Source: Hypanus sabinus (Eukaryota). Taken from it: a stretch of DNA of 64,000 nucleotides. Every line of letters starts with the position of its first letter. Position 1 is the first letter of the stretch. The DNA lies in contig NC_082727.1 in assembly GCF_030144855.1 (NCBI RefSeq), positions 36,394,001 to 36,458,000 of the forward strand, in the 5' to 3' direction. The notes under the pieces were generated by a model. That model had not been told where the DNA came from. It did not search any database and saw only the letters and a program-made list of their open reading frames with translations. A program made the translations under genes and the position numbers. This document shows, in pieces, positions 11,768 through 24,577 of the stretch.

Positions 11768-13533
11768 ATCCTCTTGAAGATCAGAGTGATCGGCTATATA
11801 TGAAGCCAAAAGAAAAGGGAGAGATATTAAATGGGCTTTTTGCATCTTTATTTACTAAGTAAACTGGAATGGAGTCTATGGAAACAAGGCAAACAAGTAG
11901 GGAGGTCATGGAATTTATACAGATTAAAGAGGAGGAGGTGCTTGCTGTCTTGAGGGAAATCAGAATAGATAATTCCCTAGGACCTGACAGGGTATTCCCT
12001 TGGACCTTGAAGGAGAGTAGTGTTGAAATTGCAGGGGCCTTGGCAGAAATATTTAAAATGTCGATATCCACGGGTCTGGTGCCAGAGGATTGGAGGATAG
12101 CTCATGTAGTTCCGTTGTTTAAAAAAGACTCAAACATTAAGCCGGGAAATTATAGGCCGGTAAGTTTGATATCGGTAGTAGGTAAATTATTGGAAGGAAT
12201 ACTAAGAGATAGGATTTACAAGTATTTGGATAGACAGGTACTTATTAGAAAAAGTCAGCATGGCTTTGTGTGTGGTAGGTCATGTTTAACCTATCAGAGT
12301 TTTTTGAGGAAGTTACCAGGAAAGTGGATGAAGGGAAGACAGTGGATGTTGTCTACATGGACTTTAGTAAGGCCTTTGACATGGTCCCGCATGGGAGGTT
12401 AGTTAGGAAGATTCAGTCGCTAGGTTTACATGGTGAGGTAGTAAATTGGATTAGACATTGGCTCAGTGGGAGAAGCCAGAGAGTGGTAGTGGAGGATTGC
12501 TACTCTGAGTGGAGGCCTGTGACTAGTGGTGTGCCACAGGGATCAGTGCTGGGTCCATTGTTATTTGTCATCTATATCAATGATCTGGATGATAATGTGG
12601 CAAATTGGATCAGCAAATTTGCTGATGATACAAAGATTGAAGGTGTAGTGGACAGTGAGGAAGGTTTTCAAAGCTTGCAGAGGGATTTGGACCAGTTGGA
12701 GGAATGAGCTGAAAAATGGCAGATGGAATTTAATGCGGACAAGTGTGAGGTATTGCACTTCGGAAGATCAATCCAAGGTAGAACATACAAGGTAAATGGT
12801 AGGACACTGAGGAGCGCAGTAGGACAGAGGGATCTGGGAGTACAGATACATAATTCCCTAAAAGTGGTGTCACAGGTGGATAGGGTTGTAAAGCGAGCTT
12901 TTGGTACATTGGCCTTTATAAATCAAAGTATTGAGTATAAGAGTTGGAATGTAATGGTGAGGTTGTATAAGACATTGGTGAGACCGAATTTGTATTGTGT
13001 GCCGTATTGGTCACCTAATTACAAGAAGGATATTAATAAGTTTGAAAGAGTGCAAAGAAGGTTTACAAGGATGTTGCCGGGACTTGAGAAACTGAGTTAC
13101 AGAGAAAGGTTGAATAGGTTAGGACTTTATTCCCTGGAGCGTAGAAGAATGAGGGGTGATTTGATAGAGGTATATAAAATTATGATGGGTATAGATAGAA
13201 TGAATGCAAGCAGGCTTTTCCCACTGAGGCGAGGGGAGAAATAACCCAGAGGTCATGGGTTAAGGGTGAAGGGGGAATAGTTTAAAGGAAATATGGGGGG
13301 GGGGGGCTTCTTCATGCAGAGAGTGGTGGGAGTGTGGAATGAGCTACCAGATGAAGTGGTGATTGCGGGCTCACTTTTGAAATTTACGAAAAACTTGGAC
13401 AGGTATCTGGATGAGAGGGGTTTGGAAGGATATGGCCCGGGTGCAGGTCAGTGTGAATAGGCAGAAAATAGTTTGGCACAGCCAAGGAGGGCCAAAGGGC
13501 CTATTTCTGTGCTGTAATATTCTATGGCTCTAT
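11768..13533 (+). mobile_element. CR1-clade LINE, 5'-truncated ORF2 (RT), few lesions
   Basis: ORFs with [36 protein letters not shown] and a CR1-type tail (attctatggctctat). Frameshift near 12290, stop at 12705. Inserted within a Penelope-type terminal repeat. Confidence 0.92.
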
Positions 13534-13705
13534 AGTTGATGTTTTGGACCAAAACCCTTCATCAGGAGTCCTGATGTAAACAGGAAGGGAGCCATTTCAG
13601 GAAGGAAGGGATGCTGGAAATCAAAGGAATGTGCACAAAATACTGGAGGAACTCAGCAGGTCAGGCAGCATCTATGGAAAGGAGTAAACAGTCGATGTTT
13701 CAGAC

Positions 13706-15180
13706 TGAGGCTATGAAGACAGACCCTGCTGCTATGCTCCCTGATCGCTAATGTGCTGAACTGATAAGTGAGGCTTTGGACCTCCTCCAGGCTGCTCCAG
13801 GGTTCGAATTTGTGGACTCATTTTGGTTTAGAATGTTGTCGTTTGCTTGAATTATTTAATAATGAGTTTTTTTTTATTTTCTTGCACATCGGTTGTTCGT
13901 CTTTTATTGTTTTTCTTTAATTGATTTCTTTTGGGTTTCTTGCTTTGTGGGTATTCAAAATTCCAAGGCATAGAAAACAAGGGACAGTGCCGGTGAAAAT
14001 GATCAATGTGGATGCGTACTTCATGGTTAGCATGGACAAGGTACACAGAATCTCCTAAAACTCCTCTCCATGCCTCGATGACATTCAGCAGTTCAAACTA
14101 CATTCACTTCAACTTCTAGCTCTGAATTTAAAATTATCACCTGGTAATTGTGAAATTAAAATTTCCTTGTAGTACCGCATAACTCGTGCACGGAATTTGC
14201 GGGTCACAATATGGCCTCCTCCGCGACATAAACATCAGGTAAGTGAAGCTGACAAATTCCTTGAAGAGGCAGTATTCACCCTTTCTGTGGAGAGAACCAA
14301 GCTGGCACCCACAGTACCTCTGAATCCTGCACGAGAAACATATTATGATTTACATCAAACTTAAAGGAAAATACAAATTTTTGATTTAAATAAAAAGACA
14401 CTCACTGTTCATAACCGCCCAGTGAACATATGTCCCACTCCACTAAGTCAGGAATCTAGACACCCACCCTTATTCCATACTACTGGACTCCAATTGCCCC
14501 TTTGTTACCTCTCTTCTCAAACTGTCTCTACCTATCCTCCAATCTCCACCTGAAACCTTCCCCATACCATTCCATCTGTCCACCATCCCCTTCCTCACCT
14601 GGTTTCACCTACCATCTGCCAAACCCTATCGCACTCCTCCCACTCCCCTCTTTATACTGGCTCTTTCTCAGTGCTGATGAAGGGCCTCAGTCTGAAATGA
14701 CAACTATCCCTCTGCCTCCACAGATGTTTCTTCACCCTCTCAGTTGCTCCAACTGGTTATTATTTGTTGTAGTTTCTTACCAGCCTCTGAGTGATGAAGT
14801 GAAGAAGTTCCCCCTCATGTTCCCCTTAAACATTTCACTTTCACCCTTAACCCATGTCCTCTTGTTCAAGTCTCACCCATCATCAGTGAAAAAAGCCTGC
14901 TTGCATTTACCCCATCTATAACCCTGACAATTTTATAAACCTCTATCAGATCTTCCTTAACTCTCCAATGCTCCAGGGAATAAAGTCCTAACATAGTCAA
15001 CATATAATTCAGATCTTCAAGACCATGCAAAAACCTTGGAAATTTTCTCTGTACTCTTTCAATTTTATTGATATTGTTCCTGTTGGTAGGTGATCAGAAC
15101 TGCACATAATATTCTAAATTATCCCTCACCAACGTCTTAGGCAACTTCTACAGAACATCTCAACTCCTGAATTCAGTGCT
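13706..15180. repeat. Block duplicated in inverted orientation at 50126-51558
   Basis: Reverse-complement match that includes non-repeat sequence (gggacagtgc...aatgatcaatgtggatgcgtactt); ORF 14502(+) mirrors ORFs 50365/50604(-). Confidence 0.88.
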
Positions 15181-16764
15181 TTCATTTATGAAGGCTAATG
15201 TGCCAAAAGCTCTCTTTATAATCTTATTCAACTGTGACAGCTCTTACAAGGGACAATGAATCTGTATTCTCAGATCCCTCTGCTGTACCGTTCATGTGAC
15301 AGTCCTACTTTTTAGAACTTGCAAAGGGCCTGTTCTCATTCAAGGTTCAAAGTTCAATGTGAGTGTTATTGTCAAAGTACATTTATGTTGTTATATTCAC
15401 CCGAGATTCATTTTTGTGGGCATACTCAATAAATCAGTAGAATCAAAATTATAACATAATCAATGAAAGACCACCCTACTAGGGTGCTCAACCAGAGTGT
15501 AGAAGACAAAAAACTTTGCACATATAAAAAAAGGAAATAAATAAACAAACAAACAAACAAATAAATAGATAGTTAGATAGATAACATCGAGGATCTGAGA
15601 TGAAGAGCATTTGAAAGTGGGTCTAATGGCTGTAGGTACATTGCCATAATGGGCCAAGTGAAGTTGAGTGAAGTTTTCCCCATTGGATCAACAGTCTGAT
15701 GTGACTGTGTGGGTTTCCACCGGATGCTCAACTCTCCTCCTACATTATACGGGTTAGGGTGAGTGTGCACGTTGATGCTGGAAACATGGTGACAAACTTG
15801 TCGGCTGCACTGCACAATTCTTCTTCATCTGATATATAGTCAAACAAGGCATTTTGCTGTACATTTTCATGCACCTGATAAGAAAGCTAATCATTAATCC
15901 TCAATTCTTTCAAAATAGGAAGTGATTCAGCTCTGCCATAAACGACATTGTAGATTTGAGCTCTTCGAGTGCATTCAGTACTGAGGTAATACACCAGAGG
16001 AACATGCTACTCTAAACTGTCATAATTTCCAGCCCCTAGCGGCTTTCAGGACAGAATGGAGGAGCTGCATCCACGGTGCGGCAAATTCATCTCCTTTGGG
16101 AGGAAGCAGGAAGCAGAGTTGATCTCAGACTAGGGTTAAAGGTCGGCACAACATGTTCTATGTTCTGTGCTGGTCTATTTTCTTCAGAAATGTGCAGCAG
16201 GATCAGGGGACGTTGCTCATGCAATTGTTCTGTGAACTGGTCTGGTAACTCGTAAATTGCCAGACTTCAGTGGGCTTCACAAAACAGCTTTATCTCACTA
16301 ATGTTATTGAAGTTCTCAATCTTCTAGACATTGAGTCTGAGTACTGGTGGCTGTCTGGGGAAAAGCACCACTTCTCTGTACCGAGATCTGGAGCTATGCT
16401 CAGTCTGCTGGCAAAAAAATGAAAGTCTGCAATAGTGGGAGAGCTCAACGTCTGGTAATAAAACCAAGTCCAGCATCAGTGTAACAAAGCAACAGATCAA
16501 CTGCCTTGGCTGTTCAGGAGACACATTTCCATCTTCATCACATGAATCAATTCTTCATATTGGGTTACTGATCTGAAACATTCTCCTTCCTCAGGTGCAG
16601 ACTGAAGTCTGAGCATTTCCAGGGTTTCAATGCCATAATTATAAAAATTCTTTAAACAACAGCTTTCACACAGTTAGTAAATCTGCTATTCATGGGATTG
16701 CTGGTCAGACCTGCATCAAGTGATCTGAGATGGAATTCATGATTATGTTTTTTCTCTCTTGCAG

Positions 16765-18199
16765 CAACACACCGGGAGATTTATTGAAAGAGAAGCTCGA
16801 TCAGCTGCAGTGTCACTTCACATGGAGGCCACAGAAGGAAATTATTGACGTGGAAGATGTGATGTTCAAATTGCAAGATTCTATTGATATGAATTTGAAG
16901 TATAAAGAGCAGTCCTACAACCAACTCGCTTTTTTAAATTGCCTGCAGGGCAATTGTGAGGAAGCAATTCAAAATTTAAAGGAAGCTGAAAAGATTCTGA
17001 AGGAGAACCATAAAGATGAATTTGAAAGAAGAAGCATCATCACCTATGGAAACTTTGCCTGGGTGCATTACCACATGGGACAACTGACCGAGGCCCAGTC
17101 CTATCTCGACAAGCTGGAGATGACCTGTAAACCGCTCAGTGATGGCCCTCGCTATACAGCAATGATACCCGAGGTGTACGGGGAGAAGGGATGGTCATTG
17201 TTGAGTTCTGGTGGTGAATACTATGAGGAGGCAAAGGAATGCTTTGCAAAGGCTCTGGAGCAAGATCCTGACAACACGGAGTGGATAATGGGATATGCAA
17301 CCGCACTTTCTCGTCTGGAATCAATATCTGGAACCCCAGAGAGTCGGGATCAGAGTCAGTCAGTGAAGCATTTCCAACGAGTATTGGTGCTTGATCCAGA
17401 TGATGCTGTGGCCATGGTGCTGTTGGCTCTAAAACTGCAGAGGTTAGGGCAAAATGAGGAAGCAAATGAATTAGTTGAACAAGCATTGCAGAAGAACTCT
17501 GATCTTCCATATGTGCTTCGCTATGCTGCAAAATATTATAGACAAAAGAGTTCTGTGGAGAAAGCAATCGAGCTCTTGAACAAAGCATTAGAATTAACTC
17601 CACTCTCTGGTTTCTTACACCACCAACTTGGATTGTGCTACAGAAGTAAGCTGAAATACACTCGTTGCAGATATCCTCGCAATCCTGAATTTCAGCAGAA
17701 CCGAGAGTTGATTAATCTGTGCAAGTATCATTTTGAAAAGGCTTTTGAATACCGTCCAAGGTCATTTATTAGAGCTAAACTGGACTTTGCAGACATCTGC
17801 ATCGAAAATGGGGAGTATTCTAGAGCAGAGGAGACTTACCGTAGATTGGTGGAGTTAGTGGACATTCGTCCAGAGAATATGCAGAGCATTTGTCTGGAAG
17901 CTGGGTTATTTGAACTGTACCAGAAAAGATCCGAAACAAATGCTGTTCGCCTCTTCCTGAAAGGAGTGAAAATTGAATATAACTCAAGAGAACGGGAAAA
18001 ATGTCGCAAGAAATTGGTGGAGTGGGCAGATAGGAAACTTAGAGTTAATGCAAATGACAGCAAGGCTCTTGGTGTCAAAGCATTATTATATCAGCTGGAT
18101 GGGAACATGGGTGGTGCAACTGAATACTTTGAGAAGGCCTTGGAGTTTGATCCTGGCAATGAGGAATATGTGAGTGCTCTTTCTCAATTGCACATCTGA
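16765..18199 (+). CDS. IFIT5-like: IFIT-family protein (IFIT5/IFIT1-like), coding exon 2 of gene 1; 479 aa when spliced
   Basis: Intact ORF 16730-18199 with IFIT hallmarks LQCHFTW, YGNFAWVHYH, EKGW, PYVLRYAAKYY, FLHHQLGLCY and C-terminal FEKALEFDP. Acceptor ttttttctctcttgcag ends at 16764, and ATGAG+C gives M-S-N-T-P, the canonical IFIT two-exon layout. Confidence 0.95.
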
Positions 18200-18607
18200 G
18201 CACCACTGGGATGATTAAAAGATGCATTTCCATCTGATCTGAGGATCGGTTTGATGGGGTGTTGCTGTACTAGTTATATCCTTTCAGCACCTTCTCTTAC
18301 TCATTAGTGTTCGATTGTAACTGTACCCAATTATTCTGTTTCTTTTATAAAAATACTAATTTCTCAAGTACCCTGAGCAATCTGAATTCAGTTATGCTTC
18401 TCTAGACTTTGGAAAGATGGGATGTGGATATTGTAGCAAGTGGAGTTAAATGAGAAACCAAACATTTTTCCACATTGATTTGTTTGACCTATTAACCATT
18501 GAATTTATTTTACTTTTCACATATGTTCTGTTGTATTAGTGTAAATCTGGAATGATTTTTTTGGGTGTGACTGAATCTTAAGGGTCTTGGTAAAATATCC
18601 TCTGGTA

Positions 18608-18613
18608 ATTAAA
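18608..18613 (+). terminator. Candidate polyadenylation signal ATTAAA (paralogous sites at 27278-27283 and 62986-62991)
   Basis: Positionally conserved in all three 3' flanks and followed by a GT-rich tract. Confidence 0.45.
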
Positions 18614-20536
18614 GCTTCAAAGCCGAGGTTGGTCTTGTGTTGACACAATCAAAGGAAAGCAAGCAACAAATTCTTAACAGCATGATACAAACCTGCTGAA
18701 TGTGGTGGAGGAGTGTCCTGGAAGAGGAATGATGGGCAAGTTACAGTCGAGGGGATCTGTGGATTATTCTTGGATTTCAAAAATTTTTGAATGAGAAAAA
18801 GGAATTAAGTTTTTACTCATAATTACTAACGGAGCAACACATTAGTTATAGCTTAAGTGAGCTATTGTCCCATAAAATTTGCAGAGTTAGGGAGAATGAG
18901 AAGGGAGATGCAGAAAGGAGAAAAGAGAGCATATGACCAGCTGCTCGGATCAATCATCTGAAATTTCAAAGAGAGAAGGTCATCACCAGTTAACTGGACA
19001 CTTTTTCCTCAGTCACTACAGTAGCATAGTGGTTAGCACAGCTGGGGCATCGGAGTTCAGAGTTTCGTTCTGATGTCGTGAGTAAGCAGTTTTTCCGTTC
19101 CTCCTCGTGAGTATGTGAGTTTCCTTCAGATGCACCGCTTTTTCCTTCCACATTCCAAAGTCAAACCTGTTAGCAGGCTGATTTGTCATTGTAAACTGTC
19201 TGGATATTGCGCTAGGATTATATAGGTGTGTTGTTGGGTGGTGAGTCTCATTGGGCCAGTTTGGGCTGTTCCATGCTGTATGTCTAAATAAAATATAATT
19301 AAACTTCATTTACTTGTGCACAAAGAGAAGAGTGTGTCTCCTGTCACCACACTGTTCTGAAGTCTGAACAGAGGAATGTCCTTTTTATACAGAATTGACC
19401 AGCAGGTACAGATGTTGACTATTCCTGTTGGCGAAACATTTTAATTCTGATTCCCATTCTCATTCTGACATCTCAGTCCATGTTCTCCTCTTGAGGCCAC
19501 CCTGAGGATGGAGGAGCAACACCTTACATTCCGTCTGGGCAGCCTCCAAACTGATGGCATGAATATCAATTTTTCCATCGGGGGAGGAAAAGATTCACAC
19601 CCACTTCCCTCTTCTTCTATTCCCCACTCTGGCCTCTTACCTCTTCTCAGCTCTCTATCACTTCCCCCTGGGTCCCTTCCTCCTCCACTTTCTCTTCTGG
19701 TCCACTCTCCTATCTGATCGGGTTCCTTCCTCTCCAGCTCTTTATCTTTCCTACCTTTCTGGTATCACATTCACGAAACACCTTCTAACTGTTCCTCCTC
19801 CCTCCCAAACCTTGGTTATGATCTGGCTTTTCCCCCCTTTCCTTTCCAGTCATGAAGAAGGGTCTCAGTCAGAAACATTGACTGTTTATGCATTTCCATG
19901 GATGCTGCCTGACCTGCAGAGTTCCTCCAGCATTTTATGTGTGTTGATTTCATGAAGCTGTGTGTGTTTATATTTCTTACTTGCAAAATCAGTAATCATT
20001 CGCAGTACAGAGCTTGAAAGTCAATAAAAATATTACCTAACAATTGACAATACTTTGAAATTACTAACACAATTATTCCTTAGTTGGTGTGTGCTCCTTG
20101 AATACTTCTGTTAAATTCCTACCTCATCTCTGCCAGCCCAAATGGATCCAGTTCTCAGCAGTGAAAAAGGAAGCTACATTATCAGTTACCTTTCTTGCCG
20201 AAGCTGTCTGCGCCTATCTACAATCTATCTGTGCCTGGACATGCTGTCCATCCTTGCCTTGCCTCCACTTCCACAAAGGGGCAGGCTGTTGTCGGTTTAC
20301 AAGCCACACAAGGACTGATCGGAAAGTGCTGAGAGCTCAGCCGTACTTTGATCATTTTCAATATAATGCACACCGTGCTCTGCCAGTCACCACTTAGAAA
20401 TGTTGTGTTTCATATTTCATGTTTCTGTTTAGCTCCTTATGAAGAAGGCCAATCACCCCATTGAATTGATGCTGACACCAAACTCTCCCAACAGATTTAT
20501 ATCCCTCTGACACTTCTCTCTAACACGTTCGTTCAT

Positions 20537-21478
20537 GCTTTGTCCTCAGTAGACACTACCAGCCTCCTTCCCCCTTTGATCCCATCTCTCATCCGTGCCG
20601 GGTCTTTACCATTCCCTCTGATCTTCAACTCTCTGAGGCAGAGCGCTCTGTCCTCAGTAAGGGCCTCAGCTTTGTCCCCCTTTGCCCACACCTCAGCAAT
20701 GATGCTGAACTCGTCTTCTGCCGACTCCGTCTCCGAGCTTACTTCTTTGATAAGGACTGTCCTACCCCAAGCGAACACCCCTTCTCCCGTCTTCAACCCT
20801 CCTCCTCTTCGTGGGCACCCCGCTCTGGTCTTCTGCCTGCTATGGATCTCTTTATTGGTAATTACTGACGGGACATCAACCGTCTTGACTTCACCACACC
20901 CTGTTCCAATTCCAACCTCACTTCTTCCGAACGCTCTGCTCTCTGCTCCCTCCACATCAAACCCAACCTCACTATAAAACCCACCGATAAGGGGGGAGCT
21001 GTTGTTGTCTGGTGTACTGACCTCTACCTGGCCGAGGCACAGCAACAAGTCTCTGATACCTCCTCTTATTTACCCCTTGATCATGACCCCACAAAAGAGC
21101 ACCAGGCCACTGTCTCCTATACCATCACCAGTCTTATCAGCTCTGAGAATCTCCCATCCACTGCCACCTACCTCATAGTTCCCACACCTGTCACTTCCCG
21201 TTTCTACCTCCTACCCAAGATCCACAAACCTGCCTGTCCAGGTAGATCTATTGTCTCAGCTTGCTCCTGCCCCACCAAACTCATTTCTGCATACCTTGAC
21301 ACTATTTTATCCCCCCTTGTTCAAACTCTTCCCACCTATGTTCACTTCTCATGCCTTGAATTTTTTCAAAGATTTTAAGTTCCCTGGCCCCCACCGCCTT
21401 ATTTTCACCATGGACGTTCAGTCCCTATATACCTCCATCCCCAACCCGGACGGTCTCAAAGCTCTTCACTTCTTTCCA
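20537..21478 (+). mobile_element. Penelope-like element RT N-terminal fragment
   Basis: Encodes TIKPTDKGGAVVV, FYLLPKIHKP and FTMDVQSLYTSIP. Confidence 0.8.
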
Positions 21479-21589
21479 TTCTGACAGTTGCTGTAGAAGG
21501 ACTCAGCATCACATCATTGCTTTTATATCCAAACTAGGATTCCCAAGTCCCTTGGCATCTGATTTCTGAAGTTGCTCTCCATTTAGAAA

Positions 21590-22095
21590 ATAGCCAGACT
21601 AAACGGGTCAACCAAGATTTGGAACAAACCCTAAGATACCTGGTCTCAGAAAAACCTGACGACTGATGCGACCAATTGATGTGAGCAGAGGTCACCCAAA
21701 TACCTTACAGCATTCAGGGCAGGGGACATCACTGTTCAACTGCTAGTTTGGTTATAATTCGTCACCCTTTCTAGAACAGGAGGCCGAAGTTGAGGTTCCT
21801 CGAGCCTAAGATTTCATCCAATTCTGCAAGCAGAAATGAACCTGGGCAAGAGAGATTTGGCTGGTCACTACTCGGAAGGTGGAATCCAAGGCAAACTGAA
21901 GGAGAAGACAGGGACCCACTTTGCAGCCTGCGCAAAATGTCTGGCTGTTCACTCAGGCCTTGTCTCTCTGGGAGGAGTCTAGAAATTTGGCATACAAGTT
22001 CATTGCATCTTTCAAAGTCCTCAAAAAAGTAAACCTGGTGCTGTACAGCTCCCCAAGATAACGAAGATCAATCCACATCGATAAATTAAAACCTG
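21590..22095 (+). mobile_element. Ty3/Gypsy integrase fragment (paralogs at ~3985-4465 and 28680-29185)
   Basis: Encodes QTKRVNQDLEQTLRYLVSE. The paralogs end in a QLPKTMKI.HT.HIS.LK-type integrase C-terminus. Confidence 0.7.
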
Positions 22096-23540
22096 TCTAC
22101 ACCAGCCCCAGAGGAGTAGATTTAAAAGGTGGGAGGAGGGGAGAGAAAGCCACTGGGTGAGAGGTGAAACCTGGAAGGGGAGGGATGAAGTAAAGAGCTG
22201 GGAAGCTGATTGGTGAGATGAGGTAAGAGAAGGAAAAGGCGATGGGAAATGGAGAAGTGGGGGAAACGTTGGGGAGAATTACCAGAAAATTGAGAAATTG
22301 ATGGAGGCCAGCCAATCAGAATATAAGATATTATTCCTGTAATCTAAGTGTGTCTTTATCATGACAACAGAGGAGGCCATGGATGGACATCAAGTCAAGC
22401 CAAGTCAAGTTTATTGTCATTTCAACCATTGATTGCTGGTACAGTACACAGTAAAAACAAAGTGATGTTTCTCCAGGACCCTGGTGCTACATGAAACAAC
22501 ACAAAACTACACTAGACTATGTGAGACAGCACAAGGCGACACTAGACTACATAAAACAACATAAAAACTCCACTAGACTACAGACCTGCACAGGACTACA
22601 TAAAGTGCACAAAACAGTGCAGGGCAGTACAATAATTAATAAACAAGACAATAGGCACAGTAGAGGACAAATTACAATATAATAATAAATTATGGAGATG
22701 TCAGTCCAGGCTCTGGGTATTGAGGAGTCTGATGGCTTGGGAGAAGAAACTGTTGCACAGTCTGGTCGTGAGAGCCCGAATGCTTTGGTACCTTTTGCTA
22801 GATGACAACGAGGAGAAGAGTTTGTGTGAGGGGTGTGTGGGGTCCTTCACAATGCTGTTAGCTTTGCGGTAGCAGCGTGTGGTGTAGGTGTCTGTAATAG
22901 CAGGAAGAGAGACCCCGATGATCTTCTCAGCTGACCTCACTATCTGCTGCAGGGTATTGTGATCCAGGACGGTGCAATTCCCAAACCAGGCAGTGATGCA
23001 GCTGCTCAGGATGCTCTCGATACATCCTCTGTAGAATGTGGTGAGGATGGGAGGTGGGAGATGGACTTTGCTCAGCCTTCGTAGAAAGTAGAGACATATG
23101 GGAAGTGGAATTAAAATGGCTGGCTACAGGAAAATCCCGCATGTTCTGGCAGACAGAGCGTAATACTCAGTGAATCAGTCTCCCAATCTGTGTTGGGTCT
23201 CACCGATGTACAGGTGGCCACAGTGGGAGCACCCAACATAGTAAACAAACTTAAAAGACTCACAGGTGAAGTGTCGGCTCACCTGGAAGTATAGTTTAGG
23301 GTTGTGTGGGGTTTAAGCTACAACCACCTTCTTCATTCAGTCCAGATTTCAACTTGGAGACCTGCAAAGCTGTATCCATGAAACCAGAAGCCCTTGCTGG
23401 CTCTGAGAACATCACTGTTACTAATGTCTCTGTCTTCCTTCCACAGAACTCTGGGAAGGGGAAAAGCAGGGAAACACAAATAGTTAAAAGGCAGTCTGCA
23501 ATGACTGACAGGTATGCCAAGTAGGCAGAGAAACGATCAA

Positions 23541-23831
23541 CCAATCATGTTTGGTCTGGTGGGCAAAGTGATTTATTACTTATGCTCTGCTAGCCTTCCT
23601 TGTTATTGGATCCAGGCAGCTCTGCATCAGCCTGTATAGTTGTTTCAGTGACATCACTTCTTGGAAAATACTGCTTTCATTTTCTAGGATAAGTTTCTAT
23701 TCAGCATCAGGGAGTTGCAGTCAATCTGTTCGAGCAGGAAATCAGAACATCGGACACCCTGCACCATTGATATTAAAGGTCCATCGGAAGCTGTGAAAGA
23801 CGTTCAAGGAATTTTCTTTCAAAAGAACATA
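23541..23831 (+). promoter_or_regulatory. Type I interferon-responsive promoter, copy B (gene 2)
   Basis: CCAAT at 23541, GAS TTCTTGGAA at 23658-23666, ISRE at 23673-23685, AGTTTCTATTC at 23692-23702. Confidence 0.8.
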
Positions 23832-23836
23832 ATGAG
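23832..23836 (+). CDS. Coding exon 1 (ATGAG) of IFIT gene 2 (type I module)
   Basis: ataATGAG|GTAGTG downstream of a CCAAT/GAS/ISRE promoter; phase compatible with the acceptor at 25484. Confidence 0.75.
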
Positions 23837-24577
23837 GTAGTGAGCACTGTAAATTAAATTTTTTTTTTAATTTACTGTATTAACTTAGGTATTTAAATTT
23901 ATTTTTTAACCATTGCACAGAAGCTTGATTATGGAAGTATGCTGAATGCATTGCTATAACTGTATTTAGTGCACTATGTTGGTGTTGCGCATTCATGGGC
24001 ACATCATTAAAGGCAGATCAGGCTGCTTGTGTCGAAAGTAAAGCAGAGTTATTATTTCAGGTCAATAAGCTTTCATTGCAAAAAATGATCTCCCAGTTAA
24101 ACAGATTACAGCCCAGTCACTTGTTTCAACAACTTCACACAAAAAAGCATATCCAGTGCTTTCTGTTGTTATTTAGACGTTAAGTATCTGCAACACTCTC
24201 TGTACCATTTTGGATGCTCAGCAGTACCAAGACTGGTGAGAGTCAAACATCAGACAATCTCAGCGTCATACAGACAAAAATAGGCCTTTTGCCCATCATT
24301 AAGGTGCTGCTTCATAATTGGCCGATCAGCTATTTGCATTAACGAGCGGGTGTACAGGTGTACATAATAGAGTGTACAACTTGATGAATAGGGTAATAAT
24401 GTACATATAAAATAAAAGTAACTTCCATTTGGGCTAGGTATATGTACAACTTGAAATTTATTCACGTGCTGTTTATAGTTTGGTGAATACAGTAACTATC
24501 GGCTTTGTTACAAGAAATGATGTGAAAAAATGATTATGTATGAAGTGATGAATTTCATGAATTTTCTTCACTTGCAG

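Noticed and set aside
14232-14244. Perfect donor catcag|GTAAGT as gene 1 exon 1
   Set aside because: No in-phase ATG; the upstream ATG frame stops at TAA.
17136-17603. Antisense ORFs overlapping IFIT exons (also 25856, 61564, 17836, 26556, 62264)
   Set aside because: Shadow ORFs of the duplicated sense CDS.
16730-18199. Treating the 489-aa ORFs as single-exon genes starting MEFMI
   Set aside because: The first 35 nt contain a textbook polypyrimidine tract and AG, and IFIT genes have a 5-nt coding exon 1. Kept only as a possible minor isoform.
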